A stretch of DNA of 62,781 nt, the filler included, from Sluysia triapertura (lineage: Eukaryota): the NCBI GenBank assembly GCA_046118255.1. It is 5 parts of 5 records of this genome, joined end to end, with 100 filler letters (N's around TTAATTAATTAA, not from the genome) between each part and the next. Parts side by side here need not be neighbours in the genome. Positions count along the whole stretch, not along the records: positions 39,644 to 50,544 come from JBJNIA010191773.1; positions 50,645 to 62,781 come from JBJNIA010135399.1; 3 more parts are not named here. One strand, written 5' to 3'. Both the position numbers and the translations under genes were made by a program. This document shows, piece after piece, positions 39,644-54,071 of this stretch. The notes beneath the pieces were generated by a model, which saw nothing but the letters and a program-made list of their open reading frames with translations, did no database searches and was not told the DNA's origin. Every line of letters starts with the position of its first letter. Positions within the stretch are counted from its first letter, which is position 1.

Positions 39644-42600
39644 TTCATAAGGGTCTCAATATCCTACAAAGGTCTTTGGAACTCCAAGGTATTCTTCGGT
39701 TTCAACTATTTTATATCATTCTAAATATATTTTAAATACCATAATTGGACAATCCCAACATTATGAACATTAATTAAAATAACTAATTTTTACGCTATCT
39801 ATGTCGAGGTATTTCGTAATACTTCATCAGTAAAATTAACAATTAAACGCATCATAAAACGGTAATTCTAATGTTATTTTATCACGAACAAACATTTTTT
39901 TAAGTTATCAAATCAAACAAATTTTAATTAAATTAATTAACAAGTATACTTTAATATTTCACGTTTTATTTTGATTCCAATATTTTATTTTGTTAATACA
40001 ATTCATCATAATATTCTATCTTGATGCCTGAATGATGCTTATTTCATTTTTATACCATGAAACATAACACTTATATTCCTCCTTATCTTTAACTAAACCC
40101 AACAATAGTAATAAATGATAACAATGCTAGATTTGCTTCGCCTTTAACTGATAAAAGTCAATTAAACTTTATATCACAATTAAATGGATATGTATTTTAA
40201 TATATTTGAAGTTATCACAAATAAGTGCTAGGTACTACTAAGATCCATTATAAAAACAATAATGATAAACAATTAAATATGAATCAGTCTCATACAACAC
40301 TAAAAATCTAGTAAAAATAAACAAATAATAGAAGTCAGATTAAAAGCGTTACGTATCAAGCATCTTTTGGGTTTATCGCATTATAGTAATGTATTTGGTC
40401 AAATATTAAAGAAAACCTCGGTTTGATTTATTATCTCAAAGTAGAAATAAAATTCATTGTTTTATAACCTGCCAATTGATAATGACAATAATTTTGTTTC
40501 AATATAATATAATAAATTAATATTTTATTTAAGTATCGTCAGAATCTTCGGTCCTAAAATTCATATAACATTTATTTTGGTTAATATTTTCAATTCAAAA
40601 AATAATTATATTTATAAAATAATTTCTAGTGATTTTTAATATTAATCATAAAAACGAACGATAACAGCTAAAAACAGAACAACTATAAATAACATTTATA
40701 TATTAATAATAAAATTTAAAATTTAAGATGTAGTTTGATTACAATGCATCTTCCACCCAATTTAACAACATTTTTAAATTAAGTACAGAATATATATATA
40801 TTCAAAGATTATCTGGTCAGAAGTTCCTCAATAACATAATTATCCAAAAGCAGCAACGCTTTATAATCAAAGTGTAAGAATTTGTAATCTTCAACCATAG
40901 TAATTTTATTGACGTTCTTAAATTAAACTGCAGTACTTTAATTGCTAAAACTCCAATAATAACTATAAATAATAACTTAAAATAAAGTAGGTAAATATAA
41001 AAATAATAATAAATTTAATATTTGTAGAGTAATAATGTATGATAATAGTAATAATATAAATTTTTATAAAGAAACTTAAATATAAATAATTGATTCAATT
41101 GCTATAATTACTTCAAAATAGTGTAATTATATTTTAAATATTAAAAAATTGAAAAGTAATTATCGAAATAGTTGTTATTAAATATTATAAATTCGAAAAG
41201 GTGTACATTTATAAATTTATAAATTCAAATTTACATTTATTATCAGAATTTTAATTGGAATTTTTGCAAAATAATTATTTAAATTATCGGATTAATTAAA
41301 ATAATTAGAATTACTCTGCATTGAAAACAAGCATAAAAGCGTATATGAAAACCAGATTACACACAAAGTCATACACAGAATACATAAATGATTTCGTGCG
41401 GAAGATTTTGGGAAAGAAATTTAAGACATTAGTAAAAAATACAATTGGAAAGATTATCAATTCGCAATCGACAGCAGTATCGATATTCAAGGATCAAATT
41501 CTATCGCTGATAATTTCCATGCATATGTAAGCTTATTTTTGATAGGTTTTGAAACCCTTTTTTAAAGGAAGGGTAAAATTGGACTTAAAATCTAAACGTT
41601 GTACGACTATTGTAAAGATAGTCTTAAAATCTTTTTAAAATCATATTTTGATATTAATATCTGTTAATTATTATTTTACCAATTGTTTGTTTTTTTGGAA
41701 TATAGTATGTTCAGTTTTGTTGTAAATAAATTTATTTCATTTAATCTCTCAAGTTAAAACAAAGTTAGTACAAAACCTACCGATCGTTAATGAGCAATAT
41801 TTTAAAGATATTTTGTTGAAAAAGTAAGAATCTATATTCATAATATGCTAAGACATTTTGTTGAGTTTACAACAAAAGTCTAATTGTTTATATTTATCGT
41901 ATGTATATGAAAAATACTTAGCATATATAAATTCATTAGAACAAGAAATAATCCAGAACTAAAATCGCAAAGGATATTTGTTAAACATAAATTTTTAAAT
42001 TCAACAATATTAATAATAACAATGGAAATAATGATTATAATAATGGAAGTAAATATGATTAATCAGACATGAAAACTCCTTATATATAATATTTCGAAAT
42101 AGCATATAAATATTGATAAAAATACATTATATAATTAACTTAATTAAATTAATTAAGTGATAAATTAATATTTCAAAGTGATTTTTTTGGAAAATCTTTA
42201 CAGCGAATGAAAGGTGCTGTCATAACCATCATTTATGATAATATTTGAGTATTGAGATACTAAATAACGGACGTGGTACGAAATGATTATTTAAATTAAT
42301 TCTAAAAGTTGTAACAAAGAATTACCGAAGATGAAATAAATCAATAAACTAGGAGAACATATAGAATGAAACCTTGTTGAAGCACGATTCCAAACGTGGT
42401 ATCCATTTACTTCATAAAAAGTAACATTGACTTATTACACTATTTAAAATGATTTTTCTTAGTTAGAAGTTATTAAATTAGAGAAAACTAAGTTGATAGT
42501 TACAAGAAAAATATGGTGCTAATAAATGTCATTTTAAATTTATATTGGATTAAAATTCCGTAATTTTAATACAATATAAACTATTATAAAAGAAATTTTT

Positions 42601-44473
42601 ATATTACACTATTAATTATGCATTAATATTGATTGAAACGTTAACTTTTATTTGAATTTTTATTTGGTTCTATCTTGTAACATTGAATATAAAATAGCCT
42701 ATTGTTGATACATATAAATTGAATTTTTGTTTGTACATTAAAATTTTTGATATTGGATAATATGATTTTTATAAATAAACTTTCGTCTAATAACATTTTG
42801 TTTTATAAACCATTATAGCAGTTATATTAACAATTTTATTATAGACCTTTTGATAATTTTCGATTTTACTATAGTAAGTTATACTATCAATCATTTACTT
42901 CATAATATTATTGTGATTAAGTGTTTAATATAATTACTCGAAAAGTTATTTGTTGTAATATTTGTAAGAAGTTATACAAAACTAATTGAATATATTTACC
43001 TCCAGTTCTAATCTATTAACGCTGCTAATATATGAGCAAAGAATAAAAATATAAAATCTTATCTTATCGTAACATAGTAGTAATAATTCTCATATTGCGT
43101 TACATACACTCACACGTAAACGAATCTATCATTGTAAAATTATTATTATTATATAGTTATTGTTGCTATTGCCTTTATTGTCGTTGCGTTATCATATCGT
43201 CATTTTATTGAGGCAATTTTTGATATTGTCTTAATCTTATCATTGCTATTGTCATTCTCTTATTGTCATTATTTCGTTGTGGCCATTCACTAGATGACAG
43301 TTGTAATTGTTTTTGAAATCGGATATGCTAATAAAGAAGAAGCAAAATGTGCAAATAAAAAATACTTCGAACTTAAGTCCAGCAATTTATGTATTGTTAG
43401 AAAATTTAAATAAGAAAGGTCAGTGGACTCATAATATTAATGAATCGAAAACTGGGTTAAAAAACCGAATGAACTGATAGTCAGTGAAAAATCATTAGTA
43501 AAGAATACTGAATTGAATGCATTATTTAAACAGATATATTACACAGATGTCATGGGCGATTATGTGCTTGTATTGATGGTATTTTGTGAAAACCTATTGT
43601 CATAAAATGTTTAGAAAAGAAGTCACGCACTTAACGGTTTATCCAAAAGATTTTAAAATAAAATCAAGTCATTAAAGATATTGACGTCACTTAGTGACAA
43701 TTTATACAATGATAATCAATAAAAATTTAATGTCATTTTTACAATGATTTTAACCTTGTTTTAAAATGAAGTGAAAACAATAAATATACTCCGTTTTAAA
43801 CCGGATGTGAAAAGGTATTTATTTTGATAAGTTTATAAATTCAATTAATTTCTAAGATTTTTACACTGTGTTTAAAAATGCACTACAGTTTAGATGAATT
43901 AAAATAAAATGATCTTTTGACTTTGTAAATATTTTGTCAAGCACCAGCATTAAAGTTGCACACCAAATGTGAAATAATAAAATAATAATAAGTAATGCAA
44001 ATTAATGTAATAATTATTTGTGATAATAATGCAATCAATAATTCATAAAATTTATTGATAAAAAATAAAATCTGAATAATAAACGTAATAAATTTAGTGA
44101 TCAATTCTGTATAAAAAACCCAAACAAATAATGACAGACATAAAAAATGTAACATACTACTAGGAAAGTAGAATGAAATTTGATCTAATAAAAGATTAAC
44201 TACTCAAGGTTTTAGGTTACTGTAAGACTATATTCATTAATCATTGTCGGCTAATGAATTTTTGCATCGAACCTAATCTCTAGGCTGTGTAATTTATTTG
44301 ATCATGATCAGTGAATTACTTCCGAATACATTCATTCTGGTTTGAAAGGAACAAATTAACTGCTTTGGGATATCATGGGTCATGGATATCATACTAAGTT
44401 TCTTCCTTAATTAAATTAAGAAATAAAATCAGACCAAGAATCACAGTTTTTCAATAGAATTTCTAATACTTGC

Positions 44474-44474
<1 letters not shown>

Positions 44475-44528
<54 letters not shown>
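44475..44528. repeat. (TAA)n microsatellite
   Basis: Read directly; it explains the poly-Leu ORF 44416-44631. Confidence 0.95.
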
Positions 44529-44529
<1 letters not shown>

Positions 44530-47500
44530 ACTAAATTCAGTTGTTAACGATACTTGTTGGTATGGAGATTTGTAGAGCCCTTTACAAAATATTAAATGGA
44601 CACTAAGTAAATAATCCAAAAACTCAAACATTAATTTTGTTGCAAAAAATAAGGCTAATTAAAATAACATTTTCATTATTTAAGCAATGAAATTAATTTT
44701 GAATCTTTATGTTGCATTTTTAAGTTGAATTTTTAATTGTTTTTGAAATTATCAAAGACGGCAAACCAGATAAGATTTGCAAAGCAGTATTATTAATTCC
44801 TCATAAATTGTTATTGAAAATTATACTGCGACAAATCTATTGAGATGCTAAAATTAGAATTATAAATGTTAAACATTGCAAAATAAATTTAATAAATTAT
44901 TAAATCAGTACAGTTGCTATATGCAACTTTACTTTAAGATTAATTATCGTAACTTTGTTAAACATCTAAAATTACAATCATGAAACGGTTTAGCATATAT
45001 ATATATATATACCTCAATTTTTGATTGAATCTTTTGCATCTAGATATCGTAATTTGTCATAACTACATCATTCATCAAAATCTGACAAACGTGCTATGTC
45101 TATAAACAATGAAACTAATTGTTTTTTGATCGTACAATCGAATTTATAGAATCAGAAAAGATATGGTAATCTTTAGAATTAGCTGAACAAAGTTTAATTA
45201 CAACAATAAAAAGATTAATTATATTAATTATTATTACGAAGAAGGAGAATATAAAAAATAAAAGGCTACAATAAAAGAAATCATAATAAACGAGATTATG
45301 GGAATGATGATGGATTTATTGAGGAATAATCAGTAATAAGTAATAAGATAATAATATATTAATGTATATAACATTAATATCAACAAAGGTGCTCAAAAGC
45401 GATCAAAACAAATTATTCTATAATATTTCTAAAACAGAATGAAGTGCCTTTAATATTTTAACATCTGCAGTACATTTTTGGAAATATAAGCAGTATAAAA
45501 TCTATTATTTATCTTATTATTATTGCGTAAATTGTTACACCTCGGTCATTTTGTTTTCCGCATTTTTATTACTTCAAATAAATATTTAATAAATAAATAT
45601 TATTTATTAATTACTGTCTTCCATTGATGATAATGACAACCTATTTAATTCTTTAAGATAAGATATTATATGCAATCTTTTTTATCGTTGATATTTAATA
45701 ATTATAATATTTCAAAATTTTGTTAATTCTCTATATCAATTTATTTCTCTGCTTTCTAATATGAATATCTTTAACAGTTTCATAAAAATACAACACGTAT
45801 TTTAATTAATTTTAAAATTCGTGCTCTTTAATGATGAAAAATATTTCTTCAGTGAACATTACTTTTGGAATAAAATGTTAATTAAAAGTATAAATTTCTG
45901 ATTTTATCATTGTTAAATCAGTTTGATATGACTATATGTATTACGTTTCTTAAAATGTAATTGTAAAACGTCATTAAAATTGATATTCAATTTCAAATTT
46001 AATGTCAATCATTGAAGGTTAATTAAAAATAATAATAATATACATAAAATTAGTAACACGCTTTTATTTTACATTTTATACATAGTTTAGCCGTTTCAAT
46101 CAAATCAATTCAATAAATAACACAACAGTTCAGTTAATTAATGCGTGTTTTATTCAGACGTTTAGAAATTTCAAGCATGTAAAAGTCCAACAATCATATT
46201 ACTGATATTTTGTACTTTTATAATTCAAATTCAAATTATTACATATAAAATGTTATGATGAAATTTAATTTATTAATAATAATTTAAATTAAAATAGCTT
46301 AGTAACTATGAAAATTTTAAAAAGGATTAGAATGTATGCAATGTGAAGTTGAACATACCATGTTTTATTAAGAAGCATAAAAGTAAAAATGAAAACACAT
46401 AATTTTATTAAAGTGGAATTTAAAAACCAAATACAAAATCGAAACAATATTAAGTATTACGAGCATAAATCATATCTTAGTTATTTATGCGATTTTAACT
46501 AGAAAATTTCAAAGAATTACTTTTGCTTCTTTTTATTATACATTATATTTGTTTAAAAGCAACGCAATTTAACTGCTAAGAGTTCCACTTCTATTTCTAA
46601 GGTTAGAAATGAAATCAAAAATAATTTAAAAAATATTGAAACTAATTTGATTTAAATTTAATTAGTATTAGGAAGATAAGTAATAAAAATTTTAAAAAAA
46701 TACTTACAAACAATATTAATAATATTATATTAATTTATATAGCATTAAAATCTAATATAAATAAGTACTGAAAAGTCCTTAGAATTTATCTTTCATTAAT
46801 TATAACTATTATAACAATTATTACAAATAAAGCGAAAGAAAAATCTTAAAATAGTTCTAATTTTTATATTTTAGCACATTCGAATGCAAAACAAAAACAT
46901 AAATAGTTGCATAATAAATTACACTTGTTTTACGCCAAAATAGAAACAATTAAAGAAAATTATATTGACCAAAATACGTAGTCTCGTAATAAAAGCTGTT
47001 GTAGGCAGTAAATTAAACGTTTTTATTTCTTACGACAGCATTTTACCTTGTTTGGATTTCTATCCTGATTTGACAGATCACACTGATGTATTTAACAATT
47101 CTTTTATCCACTTTAAATATTCTTATGCATATTAATGTTAGTTGTAATCATAAACCTTCACAAAATTCATTTTATAATTGTTTATTAAGTGTAGAAAAAC
47201 TTAATAATATAACTGTCACTTAATTATGCACCCACTATCTTTTGATTATTTATACAAAAAACTTTATCAATATGTTATATGTAATACCTTCAGTTTAGAA
47301 TATATTATAACACGTGAAGTCTCGGATTAAAATAAAATAATATTTTTTAAGTGATCAAAATTTACAGTAGTGTTTACAGTAGTAGACTGATACAATAAAA
47401 TCAAACTATAATTTTGCGATAAATTAATATTTAAAAATAAAACATCAGCAATATTATATCAAATTATATTATATTAAATAATATACTTTATTATATTATA

Positions 47501-49879
47501 TTCTGAAATACGCCATATAGTTTATTAAAATATTTCTTCTCAAAAATTGGGTAATTAAATTAAAGATACATTTTTTGAAACATAATATCTTACAAAAAAA
47601 GTCTCGCACTCTAAAAATCAGGAGAAAATTTGTCATATTTTCGAAAGTAAACTGAATGGAATAACCATATTAGTCTAAAAATGTGTTTCCATTATAGTTA
47701 ATTGTATGATTCTTCTTACTTGATACATTTAGACTATTCAATGTGAAAATATTAGAATAAATAGTGTTAAACATATACCAGCTAATGAACAAAATAATTT
47801 GTAATTTAAAAATAAAATTTTTTAAAAATTTGTTTTTGTGAAATTATAAGAATGTCCTTTTAAACGGATAACGGAATTAAAGAAAAAAATGTATAGAAAT
47901 ATTCTGCATTTACTTCAGTGATTTATGGCATTTTTTAAAATTGATGGAAATATTTTCTAAAATATAATTTATAAAAATTTCTAGGCAATTTTAGAAACAT
48001 GTGGCTTAGCATTCGTTTATAACACGATATTGAAATAAATAAGGAAAGTTTTATTTGATATAATACGTCATTAAAACTTTGGGAATGTTATTGCTATGCT
48101 TGTATTAACACTTAACCTAGGACAGAATACTTTTGAGCAGGTTCCGGTTATGTTAAACGACTTATAACTTAAAGAGGGCGTTCTTGTAACTATATAGATT
48201 AACAATTTCATAATATAACGATGCAACTTATCGAGGGTTTATTTCTGATCTATTTTTAGAAAAGAAATAATAAGTTTTTTTAATGATTTTAAAGATTGTA
48301 ATGGTATTTTTACATGATTTTTAGAGGGTTGTGATAGCAACCTAGAAAATTTAAACTTTAATAAAGGAAACATACACCTTGAGTTGTAAACCTAATGCAT
48401 AAAGAAGAATTTTGAAAATATAAACGCTATTATCAGCTGCATGATTATATAATAGATGTATAATGGTGAGCTTTGGTCTAGATGTACCCTTAACTGCTGA
48501 AGTCTCTGTTTCTGCAGTAATTCTAAAACAATACTGCATAACAAAACATAATAATTACAATTCATTGATTAATTTATAATAATAATAATAATAAAATATT
48601 AATAAGAGTATTAATTACTTTTGGGGATACTTAAATAAATCGAAGTATTTATGATTATTTATTCTGCTTCTATAAGATTACTTTACCTTTTATTTATTCT
48701 TTATGCTCGCTTGTTTGACTCAAATTTTGCCTAACTTTATGATTTTAAATTTATCAGGATTTGTTTCGTACTTTTAAATATTTCTACTTAGTTTTTGATT
48801 TTATTTTTGATTTTTATTTTTTTAATTGTATCATAAAGACTGCTTAAGCCCTGGTAAATACAAATATCTATAATTTAGTGGGCCAAATAATTATAATAAA
48901 AAACAATAAAAAAACAAATATAAATTAAAATAACAAGTAACTGTCTTTTAAGTTCAACTATACAATGTAATCTCAGAAAGTTTTGCATCAAATTTTGTTG
49001 TCGCTAAATAGTGATTAAAATCAAAATGCGAAATCGAATTCGGATGTTTATGCAGACTATTGTTATTAATCTGACTTAAACATAAAATTTATGATAGTCT
49101 CAATTTATGATAGTTTCATAAATCGCTATTGTATCAATTATTCAAAATTACAAATCAACACGTTTACATTTTTAACTTTAAACTATTCAGATTTATGCTA
49201 AATCTAACATTTCCATAGTGAACTCAAAATCCACTAATAAATAAACAAATAAACATCAATACAAATAAATAATTACAAATGACAATAATTTAACCGTTTT
49301 AATAGTCAACATAATCAAACCATGTACTTTTTCATGATAATTTTACCTTCCCCAAAAATCGGTTTTTTAAATTTTTATTTTAATTTTTTAGCAATAATTA
49401 AATTTATTTAAAGTTTTTTAACACAGACCATCGATTCATATTTGGGACAATGACATATGAATCATTGTATAGTCATTGTATAAATAGACTCATATATGAG
49501 ATAGTTAATCCATTCACTGAACTAAAGCATCCGTAAACCTAGGTCCCTTATATGAGTCATGTTAAAATAAATGTCAAATGCATATTTTTGAGTTAACTTA
49601 ACCTTTAAAAATATATCACTGTTCTTTAGGAGGCGGTGCACTTTTCATAGTGGGAGGAAAACATGTTAATAAATTCCAAAATACTATAATTATCTTTATA
49701 GTATTTAGCGTAATCATAATTATAGTTAGATGCATAATTATATGATGATGAACTTTGGCAGTAGATTTAGTTCTAGGAGAACAACCAGATATGGAATTTC
49801 TTTTAAACTCTTTTGTGAAATGTTACTAGCTAGATTTCTTATATACATCTAACTTAATTTATCAGTTGGGTTTTTCTTT

Positions 49880-50480
49880 TTAAATTGAACTTTTATATAC
49901 TTATGTACTTCCCATATCTTGATTTTCTGATAATATGTAATGAATACTATCTTGTTTATCGCCATATTGACTTACAATTGGCTGACTAACTATATGAGAT
50001 GATGACTTTTTTCACAATATGTTATGCAGTAGACACGAATTTTGCTTGGGATGGATTTATTAATTGATCTTCAAAGTCCTTTTTTATAAGACCTACTTCA
50101 GCATTTTCGTGAGTAGTTTTGCCGTGTACTTAAAATTCGTATCATTTACTATGCATTCCTGTTGTATTTTATCTTCGATTCTTTCACTTCGTTTAGAAGA
50201 TAGTGTTTTTTCCATAACAATGTCTCACTTAAAAATTTACTTGTCTTTTGATATTTTTTGATGATGTTTGTTGATAAATCCTCATTATATCTTCCAGTGT
50301 TTCTTCTTTGTTAATTACTTGTATCATTTGCATTTATTTTGTACTTGTTAATCGTTCTGAATGACTTTCGTCAGGTACCATGGTTATCGGTGGAGCTAAT
50401 CTCTCTAACGTACTTCTGATATTCTTTTATTATCAAAATGTAAACTTTTTGATTTTCCACTATCTTGAATTTGATCTTGC
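49880..50480 (-). pseudogene. Decayed coding exon (unidentified, low complexity)
   Basis: TTTTTCAG acceptor followed by coding-like runs (QDQIQDSGKSKSLHFDNK, RSTLERLAPPITMVPDESHSERL, EKTLSSKRSERIEDKIQQEC) with several frameshifts and stops. Confidence 0.35.
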
Positions 50481-50544
50481 TGAAAAATATGTAACGAATT
50501 TAAGAAGTGAGTAAATTAAATAAGCGAAGTCATAGTAATTGGTT

Positions 50545-50644
50545 NNNNNNNNNNNNNNNNNNNNNNNNNNNNNNNNNNNNNNNNNNNNTTAATTAATTAA
50601 NNNNNNNNNNNNNNNNNNNNNNNNNNNNNNNNNNNNNNNNNNNN
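50545..50644. other. Artificial contig spacer
   Basis: N44-TTAATTAATTAA-N44. Confidence 0.98.
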
Positions 50645-51846
50645 AAAATTATACTTGATATACTAACTATTGAAATTATTAAGGTTTAAACTGATCAAGA
50701 TAATAATATTAAGTTTTAATATTTAACAATTTTTAAAGACTCAACATAAATATTAAATAAATAAGGGTTGTTTTGTTATAATATTTTAGATTTTTATTAT
50801 TGAGCTAGTTAAAATAAAATTTTGTTTTAAAATAATTTTTTAAATATATTGCCATAATATTCTAAATTTTATACTTATTGATTTAGTTAAAGTAAATTGT
50901 ATTTTTATTTTTGGAATTCGCCCTCTCACATTTTGTAAACAATTTTGTTATGTTTAGGGGATTCATTTTCAATTAATCTAGACACTTGATATTTATTTTT
51001 TTGAATCCCAATTTAAAGTAACTTTGTAGCATATGATTTTAAATTGACATTTTTAAAGAGTTTAATTTTGTGTTATAACTAAATTAAGATTAAGTTACAC
51101 AGATTGATATTTATGGTTATTTGTTTTTTGGTAATTGTCAAGATTTCATATTATAGATAATCATTATTTTGTAGATTATTTAATTTATAATAAATTGTTG
51201 GTTGTTTTTTATTTTATCATTTGATCTTTATGTGAGAAAAGTAAAGAATAAATCGAAAGTTTAACGTGAGTTCACCAACGTGCTGGGCTTACCGATTAGG
51301 GCCAGCTGTTGGATTTTGTAAATTAAAAGAAAGTCTCAAGTGATGCTCAAAAGAACAGCTGAAAAACCTCAAAGCTTACTTATACCTTTAACTGTCTGGA
51401 AGTAAGTTAAAATCTATTAAGAGTAACACTAAATGAACAAATATTAATTAAATTCTTTTTCTTGAAAATTAATAACTTTAATTAAATAATTTTGCATTGA
51501 TTCCTTGATATGGAATCTTTAAAATGATTTTTCTTCGTTAGAAATAAACTCTAACTTTTGAAGTCGTATAAAAGATCAAGTTTATATTTGAAACTATAAA
51601 AGTTAGAATATAAGAACGAATTAATTATTAACAATTTATTCTTCCAAAACAAAATTTAAAAATACACACAAAATTTATAATAAGAATAATTCTATTTTGC
51701 AAATTAACTGCTGGAATTAATTAAGAAAATAATGAAATTTTAGTAATGTATTTCACGTATGATCTATGATAAGATCAAAAATTAATTAAAATGATTTTAA
51801 ATAAGATTTTACCAATGATACTCCAAGGTATCGAACCTTATAATAA

Positions 51847-51985
51847 TATTGAAACGTTGCTGGAGCCGAATGATTTCGAAGTAGATTTATAAAATGTCAT
51901 AAAGATATATCGTAGTATTGAAACGTTGCTGGAATAAAATGATTTCAAAATAGATTTATAAAATGTTATAAAGATTTATTGTTGT
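51847..51985 (+). repeat. 69-bp tandem duplication
   Basis: TATTGAAACGTTGCTGGA...TAGATTTATAAAATGT.ATAAAGAT occurs twice, at 51847 and 51916. Confidence 0.85.
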
Positions 51986-54071
51986 GAAATTTTCTAAAAA
52001 TGTTATTTATTTATATAGTTTTAATCTGACCTTCATCGGATTAAAACAATCGTCAAAATTAAAACAAAATAATTTAATATTTTACTCTAGTTTAACTAAT
52101 AATTAAAATTAAATAATTAAAATTACTCATAGCTTAATTAAAATTACTTACAAAATTTCCAAAATACAAGAATTTCTAAATTAAAATTTTCAAATTAAAA
52201 TTTCCAAATTAAAATTCAATTAATATATACAAAATAAACAAAATTTATAAATAAATCAATATAACTAATGTTATATATTTTATTATATACACACAAAATT
52301 TATAATTAATATAAGCGATGACACACAAAATTTATAATCAATATAGTCGATCTTCACAGTTACTTTTAATATTAGAAAATGATTTATTATTGTGATAATT
52401 TTATTTTTGAGAATTTATATTATTATTATTATTAAAAATATTACTGTGGCAATTTAATATAATTACCAACATACTGACCCTTAGATCTATCTTTATCCTT
52501 CATTAATCCAAATACTATAAAAATGTCATCCTTGTGGACATAAATCGTTGATTATAGATGAACCCAGAAATTTTATTATTTTGTAAGATTGTTTCATTAA
52601 AGAAAACGCCTGTATTACGTTATATTTTAAGTAACATTGTTTTTTAAAATATTTTGGGAAAATCCACTTTAATTTTATTTTTGAATAAAATTAATTTTGG
52701 ATATTTTTTGGAACTATATTTTAATTTTTATTTTATTATATTTAAAAACTGATTCTTACCTATTTTTGGGGAATAGCCCTTCTTAATTTTTTCCATTAAA
52801 TGTTTTTGGCTTATAATATTTTATAATTTTGAATTTTTTTTAGGGAATCATCATTTGATATTTTGATTTTATATCTTAATTTTTTGGGAATCCTCATTTT
52901 GATTTTGCATTAATTAATTAAATAGTTTTTAGAGAATTCCTTCTTTTATTTGATTTATTATATTTAAATACTTAGGAGAAAAACTTCAATTATCTTTTTA
53001 ATTTTAGGTGCATTACCCTTGGCTAATAGTGTGATTAGTGATTTGTCATATGATTATTTAATCTATAATCTGATATTTTTCGTTTTAACATTTATTGGAA
53101 ACATTTAAGTTTTATTTGTGTTAATTGATAATTATTATGTTAAAATATATTTGTTATATTATTTGATAAATTAAATTTTCTTTGGAATTTTAAAGGCTTG
53201 AATTTAAAATTAGTAAAAGTTTTAAAATAATTTGATTAAAGACGCTTTAGGTATCAATGCTATTTTTTCAAGGAAATAATTCAATGCTTTTATTGTTTTA
53301 TTTACTGTTATAGTAGAAGTTTTTATTTCTTTATCACCTGACAGTCTTGTAATCTGTTCTTTGATAAAAGTACCTGCCAAACTGTCAATTTTCTTTTAGG
53401 TGTCCTATTTTTTGCTTCGACTCTTCCTGTAAGACTTAAAGCCTTACAAACGAAGTCATATTACTCAATTCTAATTCGAAAACAATTTGAGGAGACTTTC
53501 CATCATCCTTTTTTTGCATATTAATGATCTCCCATATGATGTTTATTTTTAGGATGGTTAAGGCCTTTTTAAAGAGTTTAGATATTATTTAAAATTCTGC
53601 TCGTTTTTTAAAAAATTAATTTTGTATTTTATTTATTTTCCGTGGTTTAAATTAAAGTTTATAGGTGTAAACCTTGAGTTATGCAGCAATTTTTTGTAAT
53701 TTAAAACATATTAAGGACCTAAATTTATAACTTACAATCAATTTGTGTGACCGATCACCTTAAAATAGTTAATAATGACGAAACATTGTTTTGTAAACAT
53801 TTAATTATGATATAATGCTGCCATTTATAAATAAATTTAGTGAAAAATAGAACGTTGTTTAGTTAAAAGTGCGTAGTTGTATCTATTATGTAATTTAATT
53901 CTTTTTTAAAATTTATATGATTTAATTAAAAATTTTACATATAAGATATTTCTTCTAAGGTTTATGTATATTAAAGTAAGGCAGTAACTTTTCTTAAATT
54001 TTGTAAAACTTTTCGTTTCATAATTTATAGTTTGTTTAAATGTTTATTATTTTTATAAAGAGTCAATCATA

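Noticed and set aside
39644-50544. Expected 3' exons of COQ6
   Set aside because: I could not find SLVWS, GDAAH or HPLAGQG coding sequence by eye, so the gene is left as partial.
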